64,000 bases of DNA, taken from Squalus acanthias (Eukaryota). The position numbers and the translations under genes were made by a program. A model generated the notes under the pieces. The model saw nothing but the letters and a program-made list of their open reading frames with translations. It ran no database searches and was not told the origin of the DNA. Within the stretch, counting starts at the first letter, position 1, and each line of letters begins with the position of its first letter. Location of the stretch: assembly GCA_030390025.1 (NCBI GenBank), contig CM059432.1:114020001-114084000 (forward strand), in the 5' to 3' direction. This document shows positions 26,467 through 36,900 of the stretch, piece after piece.

Positions 26467-27697
26467 CTAAGCAAATCTGGCCAAGATCAGTGCATCCCGG
26501 GCAGCAATGTTCTGGCGTGCTGCTGCCGCTGGTTGATGCGCCTCCGCAAACTCCTCATTCTCGCTCTCCTCCTCCTCCTCATCTGAGGAGGCTATGCGAT
26601 GAGCCACTTGTACCTCAGGCAGCTGCAAGCCACGGTGCTGTGCCATGTTGTGAAGTGCAGAGCAGACCATGACGATTCTGGAGACCCTGGCTGCTGAGTA
26701 CTGCAGGGCTCCACCTGATCTATCAAGGCATCTGAATTGCATCTTCAGCAGGCCGATGGTTTGCTCGATAATGGATCTGGTGGAAATGTGGCTGGAGTTG
26801 TAGCGCTCCTCAGCTTCATTGGATGGCCTCCTCAACTGCGTCATTAGCCACGTCTTCAGGGGATAGCCCTTGTCTCCAAGTAGCCATCCACAAAGTTGGT
26901 CTGGCGGACTGAAGAGCGGAGGCACACTAGACTGCCGCAGGATGAAGGGGTCATGGCAACTGCCAGGGTATTTGGCACAAACATGCAAAATTTCCTTATT
27001 GTGGTTACACACCAGCCACAAGTTGAGGGAGTGGAAGCCCTTACAGTTGACAAAAATACCTGGATTGTGATGGGGTGCCTTAAGGGCCACATGTGTGCAG
27101 TCTACGACGCCCTACACCCTTGGAAAGCCTGCCATATTAGCAAATCCAACCGCACGCGCGGTTACATTTGCTTGATCCTTGGAGAAGTTGATGTAATTGT
27201 GCGCATTGGCAAAGAGGGCATCGGTTACCTGCATGATGCAAGTGTGTGCGGCCGCCTGGGAGACGCCGCTGATGTCTGCTGTTGATCCCTGGAATGAGCC
27301 TAAAGCAAAAAAGTTGAGTGCAGGTGGTGACTTTGACGGCAACTGGTAAGGGGTGTCCACCTGCTCCTCTGGGCTCCAGGTCTTGCTGCAGCATTGCGCA
27401 GATGTCACCCACTACCTCTCGCGAAAGTCTGAGCCTCCTTTGGCACTGCTGCTCAGTCATGTTGAGGTAGCTCATCCTCTGCCTGTAAACCCTGTGTTGG
27501 GGGTATCTCCTGCGGCGATGTCCTTCCCTGCGCTGGCGCCTTCTGGCCTGTGCAGCTTCAGGTGGGTGAGCAGCAGCTTGGCGCTCCTGCTGTTGGTGCT
27601 GCTGTTGGTGCTGCTGTTGTTCCGGGTTCTGCTGCTGCCGCGGCTGGTCTTCGTCCGAATCTGAGGTCCAGGAGGAAAGGAAATAAATGGTTCCCAT
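26467..27697 (-). pseudogene. Harbinger DDE transposase (element E)
   Basis: Q-rich N-terminus, [57 protein letters not shown]; few lesions. Confidence 0.93.
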
Positions 27698-28540
27698 GCT
27701 GCAGGTATATACCTCAGTTGAGGAAGCGCTCAGTCAAGGTGGGGAGAGGGTTTTCCCAGGAGGTCACAGTGAGATGGATCTCAGCTTCAACACTTCCAAA
27801 ATCAGTAGACCTGCAAAAAGTTCTCCAAGACCTGAGAAAAGAAAGTTCTGCCACCTGCAAATGATCGTTGTGGAAAACTCTGTTTTTATGGTGGAGCTGC
27901 AGCTGTTATTAAGCCATCCACTTGTGAACCCGACAGGATTAGCTGGCGTGTTCCAGGGGAGACGTGCAGCACACGGGAAATGTGGTAAACTCTGAAAGGT
28001 CTCTCAAAATGGGATTATAGAGGTACTTAAGTGGTTGTTAAGTACCTTAAGGGCCTATCCTGCCTCTTGGAGGCGGGACCGAAACGGGGTCTGCAACCCC
28101 ACATTTGGGAAAGTTGCGCAGAGGCAGGATCGGAGCCCGACGCCATTTTTGGCAACTTTCCCACCTGACCCGCCTTCAAACCCGCCTCCTCGGGCCTGGC
28201 AAAATCCAGCCCCTAGGCTTATGTCCCTTTTCTAGATGGTTGAAATGTTGAGCAATGTTGTTTAGTATTGGGAATTGGTGCAGAGGCAGAGTCTAACCTG
28301 TTGAGAGTGAATATTCTCGGTATCTCTCAGCCATCCAGCCTGATATTGTGAATAGACTCTCCTCATTGGGTGGGGCACTTTGTAAACTAAATTTAGATGT
28401 ATAGGCACCTTGTTGGATATGAACTTGTGTGCCTTTGGGAGGGAAGGTTTGTTTCCTTTGTGAATTAGGAAGGAGAAGAGTCTACAATGGTATAATGTGG
28501 GTGGTTTGAGTTACTTATTACCCAGGGTAGTTATTTTCTG

Positions 28541-28652
28541 TAACAAAAAGCAAAATACTTCGGATGTTGGAAATCTGAAGATATTCAGTCGGTCAGGCAG
28601 TAGCCGCCAAGAAAACACAAGACATTTCAGGTATAAAACCTTTCCTCAGAAC
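28541..28652. mobile_element. Degenerate Penelope-like terminal-repeat fragment
   Basis: AAAAGCAAAATACTTCGGATGTTGGAAATCTGAA...TCAGGCAG...TTTCAGG resembles a common shark repeat (from memory). Confidence 0.45.
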
Positions 28653-29335
28653 AGTTATTTTCCAGATTGCGTTGTTACTTTAGATCTTTTATCTCTTGAA
28701 ATTTATTCAACAGGAATTGTGCTCATTCTAGCACATATGAACAAAAAGAAAGTATAGAAGGCCATTCAACTCACGAAGCTGATGCCTTTCCTTGCTATAA
28801 GGTCACCACTGAAGGGTCTCCTGGTCTAGTCAACGGAATTCTGCTGCAACACTTTCTAAATTCTGTAACACAAGCATCTATATTTTCACAATGCTTCAAA
28901 TAAGTATAATTATTCAACGGGTGTCGTTCATGTGGAATTAAATCAACGAAAGCACAACTTGAGAAAAATTACCGTAGCTGTAATTTTCTCTGACTCCCAG
29001 GTAGTTCACTCTTCTGAGAGGACTGTAAATGATAATGGAAGAGGGAGGCAGTCTGGAAAAATGTCACTCAGCTAACCCAGTCTGCTGATGAAGTGATGGT
29101 ACATGTTAAGAGCACTTGGTTCACAGAGAACTCTCTGAGTGACACACAGCGTTTGAAGGAAATCAAACAATGCAGCTCATAAGGGAAGAGAAGAATGGGA
29201 TATCAGGAGATATTACAATGCACAGGTCACTGTAACAATCCTAATTATCTCTCTGACTGAAACCAAATTAGAGGCTACACCTTTCAATCTTGACACATAT
29301 AACTGAGATTGGAAGGACTGAATCTAAACTGAGGC

Positions 29336-29542
29336 GAGAAGTCGCACAACACCAGGTTATAGTCCAACAGCTTTATTTGAAATCACAAGCTTTCGGAGCG
29401 CTGCTCCTTCATCAGGTGACTTCACCTGACGAAGGAGCAGCGCTCCGAAAGCTTGTGATTTCAAATAAAACTGTTGGACTATAACCTGGTGTTGTGCAAC
29501 TTCTCACATTTGTCCACCGCAGTCCAACACCGGCATCTCCAC
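29336..29542. mobile_element. Palindromic Penelope-like short element with TSD
   Basis: Near-perfect 170-bp palindrome 29336-29505 plus a 37-bp tail; flanked by ATCTAAACTGAGGC (29322-29335) and ATCTAAACTAAGGC (29543-29556). Confidence 0.8.
29422..29458 (+). ncRNA. Minimal hammerhead-ribozyme-like motif (mirror copy on - strand at 29383-29419)
   Basis: TCAC-CTGACGA-A-GGAGC(AGC)GCTCC-GAAA-GC-TT-GTGA: stem I TCAC/GTGA, CUGANGA box, stem II, GAAA box, very short palindromic stem III. Confidence 0.6.
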
Positions 29543-29602
29543 ATCTAAACTAAGGCAGCACTGCAATAGCCAGAAATGCAGAGGAAAGAGGATGTTTTTA
29601 AA

Positions 29603-29740
29603 GTTAGATAAGGGAAATCAGACTATTCCAGGGCTATGGGAAACGAGCAGGGGAGTGGGTCTAATTGGAGAGCTCTTTCAAAGAGCTGGCACAGGCATGA
29701 CGGGCTGAATGGCCTCCTTCTGTGCTGTATGATTCTATGT
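29603..29740 (+). mobile_element. CR1 3'-end fragment
   Basis: GGGCTGAATGGCCTCCTTCTGTGCTGTATGATTCTATG tail. Confidence 0.8.
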
Positions 29741-30184
29741 AAACAGTGCAGGCAAAACAAGCCAAATATTACTGATAACACAGCCCACTTAAATTTCTCG
29801 TGTGACTTCAGTTGCCAAGCGATGAATTAGATGCCTTGAGATTTATGCAATGATTATGCATCTTCATTGTGCTTCTGGCAATTATAGGAAACCATTTTTA
29901 GTAATGCCATAAAGCCATTAAGGGATTCATTGGAACATGGTAACCTGAATTTTCCCTTCTCCTCTCACTGGGGGCAAATCATCAGTTAGTTACTCTGTTC
30001 AATTTTCATGGAACATTAGTGCTGTATTTCAGGAAACTGTGGAGCATCCACTGGGACTTTATGCTATTTTATCAAATCTCCTACTTTAAAAATAAATTTA
30101 GCCCCTACATTTAGAAGTGAGGAACAGCTTTTATTAAAATCTGGCATTACACAGGCTTGCTTCAAAATGAACTTTGGCAGTAGA

Positions 30185-30345
30185 ACAAGGATAAATTTGA
30201 GACTGATGTTGGAAGGTTTTTCACACAAAAAGTGATCAACACCTGGAATAGACTTCTAGATAGGGTATTGGAGGAAAAACACCAGAATTGTTTCTGTGGA
30301 TGATTGAACGAAGGCAGACCAAATGGTCTTCCTTACCAATGTCTA
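30185..30345 (+). mobile_element. Old CR1 3' fragment
   Basis: TTTTTCACACAAAAAGTGATCAACACCTGGAATAGACTT encodes an FFTQRVVNxWNxL-like segment; decayed stem-loop GACCAAATGGTC. Confidence 0.55.
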
Positions 30346-31017
30346 ACCTGGGATCTGCGTGCCTGAGTTCCTTATCTTGGGTAGGGGGTTGAAACAAAGC
30401 AAAAGCCATGCACCATCCCACAGGGACAGATTGAAAGTTTTATTGAGAAGCACTCAGGACTGCTCCCCTAGTGACTAGTTTCCAGGTGTTATTGGTAAAA
30501 GTTTGGAAATACTAGGGGCTAAAAATTCAGGGGTTTAGCACCACCCGTTGCCGCCAGATTCGAGGGAAAAAATGGCGGCTGCCGCTCTTGCGCACACTGC
30601 CAGCAGGTTCCACAGTGGCTGCCATTTTCGGATGGCTGGCAGCGCTGCTGATGTCAGCGCTCACCAAAATTATGTAGTTGATGCCAATTGTGGCGTCAGT
30701 GAGTGTGCAACGCTCACTTGACACCTGATCTGCGAGATTGGACTTCACCGCTCCGGCTACTGGCATGCCTTAAGTGCGACGAGCTGAGCAAGTATTGGGA
30801 AGGAAGGAGGCTCCAGCAGCGGTATTTAAAGGGATCATCAGTGACTACTTGAAGCTGACATGTTTCTGCAGTTTGACTGGCTCTGTGCAACTTTCTGCAA
30901 CTCCAGCAGCTTTATAAACTTCTTTCAAGGTCCTACGGTAACAGGGAGTGTTGTTGCAAGTGGAGAATGCCTTCATTCTTATTTAACGGCTTCTGCTCAC
31001 AATACTTGTTCACAGTC

Positions 31018-32204
31018 ATGGGGGCTCTACTGACAGTCCCCCTCACGCTTGAGTATCTTAGGGAGAGGGAGCAGAGGCAGCAAAGAAGACGAGACGATGT
31101 GAGGGAGGAGGAGAAGGGCCAGGAGGGCTCTCAACAGGAGGTCTTACCCACCTAGGGTATTCAGCGAACACTTCTCCTACCTACACCTAAGCCAGGAGCA
31201 GTTTGTTTGGCGGCTCTGCTTCACCAAGGAGGTGGTCACAGGACTCAGCCATCTCCTGGAACCAGACCTGCAGCCTCAGAGCAGGGTGATGGCGGCACTG
31301 CCAGTGGCCCTCAAAGTGACCGTGGCCCTGAATTTTTTCACCAGCAGATCCTTCCAGGCTGGAGCAGGCGACATAGCTAACATCTCACAGTTCACCATCC
31401 ATCACTGTACCCGGGAAGTCACAGAGGCTCTGTACTCTAGGAGAAGGGATTTCATTGTTTTCTCTCTGAACAGAGAGAAGCAGGAGCAGCCCGCACATGG
31501 CTTTGTCAGGATATCAGGTTTCATCATGGTGCAGGGCGCCAGCGACTGCACCCAAGTGGCTTTGTGGGCGCCACAAATCAATGCCGAGATGTACTGTAAC
31601 TGCACAGGCTAACATTCACTTAATGTACAGTTGTTGTTCAACCAAGCCCATTGCATCATGATGGTGAATGCCCAGTATCCTGGCAGCAGTCATGATGCCT
31701 TCATCCTGAGCCAGTCCGCTGTGCCAGCAATCTTCCAGCCACCACGTCGAACCCGAGAGTGGCTGCTTGGAGACAAGGGCCATCTGCTCCACACCTGGCT
31801 GATGACTTCCCTCTGCAACCTCACCACTCATGGGCAGCACTCATATAATGACAACCATGCTGCCACGAAGAACCTCATCGAGCAGACCATCAGGGTGCTC
31901 AAGCAATGGTTCTGTCTTGACCGCTCAGTAGGAGCCCTCCAGAACTCAACGGAGCGGGTGTTCCAATTCGAGGTGGCCTGTTGCATCCTCCACAACGTGG
32001 TGATTAAGAGGGTGCAGCCCTTGCCACCATGGGTTCCGCGACCAGGAGGAGAAGGAGGAGGAGGAAGTGGAGGAAGAGAAAGAGGAGGAGAACATAACAT
32101 AAGAACATAGGGAGGAGGAGGAGAAGGAAGGGAGGAGGTATCCTTCAAATCCCCTTTCCAGATGGGCTGTCCATGAGTGCATCATCAGACTCCTGTTCCC
32201 CTGA
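31018..32204 (+). pseudogene. Harbinger DDE transposase (element F)
   Basis: MGALLTVPL, KVTVALNFF, VQGASDCTQVAL, YPGSSHDAFIL, WLLGDKG, LIEQTI, LHN, GAG-rich tail; frameshifts. Confidence 0.92.
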
Positions 32205-32412
32205 CATTGCTAACTTCCCCATTGCTTAGCTCCAGTCAGAATGAGGTAACTCTTTCACAAAGCACCTCCCCTTTAAGAAGTGCAGACAGCCTTTCACTCT
32301 GCAGGCAACCTTTAAATACAGACCAGACTTCCCATGATATTGGGCTCCCTGTTGAGCTCTGAGCCAACCAGCAGCATGTTTAGTGCTCGGCTCAGCGCTT
32401 CATAGAGTCATA

Positions 32413-33990
32413 GGGCTCAATTTACTTAATGGAGGCGGGTTGAGGGCGGACCCGCTGCTCGGTGGCTTTCCGACCCGCTCCCGGCTGCTGCCTCCCATCA
32501 CTTACTATTTTGGCTTGATTGACCTCGTTACGGCCGATGTGCGGGTTCCTCCAGGCAATTGCTTGCAGGCTGTCAGTTTCTCGCGTCTGATGACATGTTG
32601 TTTGAATGAAAATTTAAAGGGGCCATGTCCCCTTTGGAAAAAATGTCAATGGGATGGAATGGTGCTGTATTATATAGAAAGGGGAGTTGACAGCGTCTGT
32701 TCTGAACAAAATTTAATGAATAAAATTGCTGGTCATATTATTCCAGAAAGATATTTATGATTTTTTATATATCAATTTATTTACCTAACTATGAAATGAA
32801 AAAGATGCCAGATTTGTTCCAATCATTGGTTTAGTAATATTAATGCTTTTTTCTCTTAAAGGTGCTGGCTGCTGCAGGTGCAGCCCCAATAACTAAGGCT
32901 GCAGCCAGGTTCAATGAAGGCTCTCTCCATGCTCTTGTTGAGGGAGTTAGAGGACATCAGGAGCTCCTCTTCCCTGGAAACGGAAGGAAGAGGCCTCCTC
33001 AGCAAACCAAGGCAGCTTGGCTGCAAATTGCTGAGGAGGTGAGCTCGAGGTCTGTGTGCAGACGCACATGGGTTCAGTGTGGAAAAAGGTTTAATGAGAT
33101 CACCTAAAGTGTGGCCTCTGTGTTCTGGGAAATGGAACTTTAAGAGTGAGGGCTCAGGGTGATTTCCATGTAGAATGTTGGTGGTGACACTGAGCGCAAA
33201 CCACCATTTATTGGACAGATGATGCCTGGGGTTCAATTCATCTGCATGTGCCAGCCACCTGTGGTTGAAGCGTAAGCTTACGCGAATCTGGCATGGATGA
33301 GTGCATCCCTTGCCTGACAGCCAGCAGTGTGTTCGCCTTCTGCTGGATTGGCCACATCCGGCCCCACAAGGCGACACTCCCCGTCCTCCTCCGCTTCCTC
33401 ATCCTCTTCATCTTCCTCCAAGGAGGCTTTGTGCTGAGCCACTTGTTCATCCGGCAGCACTAAGCCGCGCTGCTCTTCCTCCGAATCTGATGACCGGGAT
33501 GAGAGGATGTAAATGGTTCCCATCCCGTTGTTATAGATTCCAGTTGAGGCAAGAAGCTTGCCAGCACACACTCAAAGTGACCTGAAATTTTTCCAATCAG
33601 TTCAAACAGCAGATGTGTGTCAGCTTGACCAGTCACGAGGTCAGTAGATTTGCAAAATCTTATCCCAAACCTCCAACAACAAAGTTGTTGCATTTGAATG
33701 CCAGCCATGTTACAGGAGCGCTTTTAAAGTTCTGCACCAATAATGACTACCGATCATGTCCTCCACCAACTCATCTCCTTGCAGCTGCACTGTTTCTGAC
33801 AAGACGGGAAACAGGAGCCAGAGGCACGAAAATGGGAAACCTCTGTCAAAATAGGATTATCAAGGCAGTTAACAGGCTCTTAACTGCCTTAACTACCTGT
33901 CCCACCGGTTGGAGTCGGGTCAGTTTGGGAGCAGCTGAACAGACACGAAAATCGGGTGGGGGCGGGATGGAGGCGGGTTGGGTGTCTGAA
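32413..33990. mobile_element. Internally deleted Harbinger element G (E/H-like family); right tip lost at a CR1 junction
   Basis: Left end GGGCTCAATTTAC; subterminus similar to 41658-41880; Myb exon 1 remnant 32880-33105 (+); deleted transposase 33278-33523 (-). Confidence 0.8.
33278..33523 (-). CDS. 81-aa mini-ORF: transposase N-terminus fused in frame to the acidic C-terminus, DDE core deleted
   Basis: MGTIYILSSRSSDSEEEQ matches the E N-terminus [29 protein letters not shown]...ARDALIHARFA* matches the E C-terminus. Expression unknown. Confidence 0.45.
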   Translation of the reverse strand: MGTIYILSSRSSDSEEEQRGLVLPDEQVAQHKASLEEDEEDEEAEEDGECRLVGPDVANPAEGEHTAGCQARDALIHARFA

Positions 33991-36900
33991 GCCCTGCAAA
34001 TTTATTTCCCTCAAATGCCTATCCAGTCTCCCTTTGAAAACATTGAGTGTCTCCGCTTCCACCACTTCCGTCGGCAGCGAGTTCCAGGTCCTCACCACTC
34101 GTTGCGTAAAACAGTTTTTCCTCACATCTCCCCTGTATCTCTTGCCCAAAACCTTAAATCTGTGTCCCGTAGTTCTTGTACCATCAATTAGTGGCAACAG
34201 CCTTTCCCCGTCTAGCCTATCCAAACCCGTCATAATCTTGTACACCTCTATCAATCACCCCTCAACCTCCTTTGCTCTAATGAAAACAAATCCAGCTTCT
34301 CCAACCTGTCCTTGTAGCTAAGAGCCCCCATCCCCGGAACCATTCCGGTAAATCTCCTCTGCACCCTCTCAAGTGCCTTCACATCCTTCCTAAATTGTGG
34401 TGACCAGAACTGGACAATACTCCAGTTGTGGCTTTATAAAGGTTCAGCATAACTTCTCTACTTTTGTACTCAATACCTCTATTTATGAAGCCCAAGATCC
34501 ATATGCTTTGCTAACCACTCTCTCAATATGTCCCACCACCTTCAGGGACCTATGTACATTAACTCCCAGGTCCCTCTGTCCCTGCACACTCTTTAAAACT
34601 GTGCCATTAAGTGTATATTGCCTCTCCCTGTTCCTTCTGCCAAAATGCAAAACCTCACACTTCTCTGTATTAAATTCCATCTGCCACTTGTCTAGCCTTT
34701 CTATGTCCTGTTGCAGTCGATTGGTATAATTCTCACCGTTCACCACACCCCAAAATTTGGTGTCATCGGCAAATTTAGAAATTCTACTCTGTATTCCAAT
34801 ATCCAGTTCATATATATATATCAAAAAAAGCAGTGGCCCATGTACTGATCCTTGGGGAACACCACTGTCTACCATCCTCCAGTCTGAAAAACAGCCATTT
34901 ATCACAACTCGCTGTTTTCTGTCCTTAAGCCAATTCCTTATCCAAGCTGCCACTGACCCACCTATTCCATGAGCCTCAATTTTGTTAACCAGCCTTCTAT
35001 GTGGTACTTTGTCAAACGCCTTCCGAAAATCCATGTAGACAACATCCATTGCATTCCCTTCATCAATCCTCCCTGTTACTTCATCAAAAAATTCAATTAG
35101 ATTAGTCAAATTATTCAATTAGATTAGGCCAGGACCAATGATCCAGAGACGTGAGTTCAAATCCCACCACGGCAGCTGGGGAATTTAAATTCAGTTAATT
35201 AAATAAATCTGGAATAAAAAGCTAGTATCAGTAATGGTGACCATGATTCTATTGGATTGTCATAAAAATCCATCTGGTTCACTAATGTCCTTTAGGGAAG
35301 GAAATCTGCCTGGTCTAGCCTATATGTGACTCCAGACCCACAGCAATGTGGTTGACTCTTACCTGACCTCTGAAATGGCCTAGCAAGTCACTCAGTTGTA
35401 ACAAAATAATAAGAATGAAACCGAACGGACCACCCGGCATTGACCTCGGCACCGGCTACGGACATGGCAACGGCACACCCAGCCCAGTCAACCCTGCAAA
35501 GTCCTCCTCACCAACATCAGGGGACTTGTGCCAAAATTGGGAGAGCTGTCCCACAGACTAGTCAAGCAACAGCCTGACATAGTCATACTCACAGAATCGT
35601 ACCTTTCAGCCAATGTCCCAAACTCCTCCATCACCATCCCTGGGTATGTCCTGTCCCACCGGAAGGACAGACCCACCAAGGGTGGTGGCACAGTGATATA
35701 CAGTTGGGAAGGAGTGGCCCTGGGAGTCCTCAACATTGACTCCGGACCCCATGAAGTCTCATGGCTTCAGGTCAAGCGTGGGCAAGGAAACCTCCTGCTG
35801 ATTACCACCTACCGCCCTCCCTCAGCTGATGAATCAGTACTCCTCCATGTTGAACACCACTTGGAAGAAGCACTGAGAGTAGCAAGGGCACAGAATGTAC
35901 TCTGGGTGGGGGACTTCAATGTCCATCATCAAGAGTGGCTCGGTAGCACCACTACTGACTGAGCTGGCCGAGTCCTGAAGGACATAACTGCCAGTCTAGT
36001 CCTGCGACAGGTGGTGAGAGAACCAACACGAGGGAAAAACCTACTTGACCTCGTTCTCACCAATCTACCTGTCGCAGATGCATCTGTCCATGACAGAATT
36101 GGCAGCAGTGACCACCGCACAGTCATTGTGGAGACGAAGTCCCGTCTTCACACTGAGGACACCCTCCATTGTGTTGTGTGGCACTACCACCGTGCTAAAT
36201 GGGATAGATTCAAAACAGATCTAGCAGCTCAAAACTGGGCATCCATGAGGCGCTGTGGGCCATCAGCAGCAGCAGAATTGTATTCCACCACAATCTGTAA
36301 CCTCATGGCCCGGCATATCCCTCACTCTACCATTACCACCAAGCCAGGGGACCAACCCTGGTTCAACAAGGAGTGTAGAAGAGCATGCCAGGAACAGCAC
36401 AAGACGTACCTAAAAATGAGGTGCCAACCTGGGGAAGCTGCAACACAGGACTACATGCATGCTAAAAAGTGGAAGCAGCATGCTATAGACAGGGTTCAGC
36501 GATCCCACAATCAACGGATCAGATCAAAGCTCTGCAGTCCTGCCACATCCAGTCGTGAATGGTGGTGGACCATTAAACAACTAACGGGAGGAGGAGGCTA
36601 CAAGAATATCCCCATCCTCAATGATAGTGGAGCCCATAACGTGAGTGCAAAAGACAAGGCTGAAGCGTTTGCAACCATCTTCAGCCAGAAGTGCCGTGTG
36701 GATGATCCATATCGGCCTACTCACGAGGTCCCCACCATCACAGAAGCTAGTCTTCAGCCAATTAGATTCACTCCACGTGATATCAAGAAACGGCTGAGCG
36801 CACTGGATACAGCAAAGGCTATGGGCCCCGACAACATCCCAGCTATCGTGCTGAAGACTTGTGCTCCAGAACTAGCCGCGCCTCTAGCCAAGTTGTTCCA

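Larger units (their letters stand above)
24067..28212. mobile_element. PIF/Harbinger element E (Myb on +, transposase on -), complete span
   Basis: TIRs CAGCTGGATTTTG and CAAAATCCAGCCC (11/13 match); TSD CTA at 24064-24066 and 28213-28215. Confidence 0.92.
20196..28219. mobile_element. PIF/Harbinger element D (transposase on +, Myb on -); right TIR split by element E
   Basis: Left TIR GGCCTAGAAATTCC; right TIR reconstructed as CAAACTC-CTA-GGCT (24057-24066 plus 28216-28219); TSD TAT at 20193-20195 and 28220-28222. Confidence 0.85.

Noticed and set aside
9975..27697. Domesticated HARBI1 or NAIF1/MSANTD host genes
   Set aside because: All copies lie within TIR-bearing elements and carry frameshifts or stops; no gene symbol is justified.
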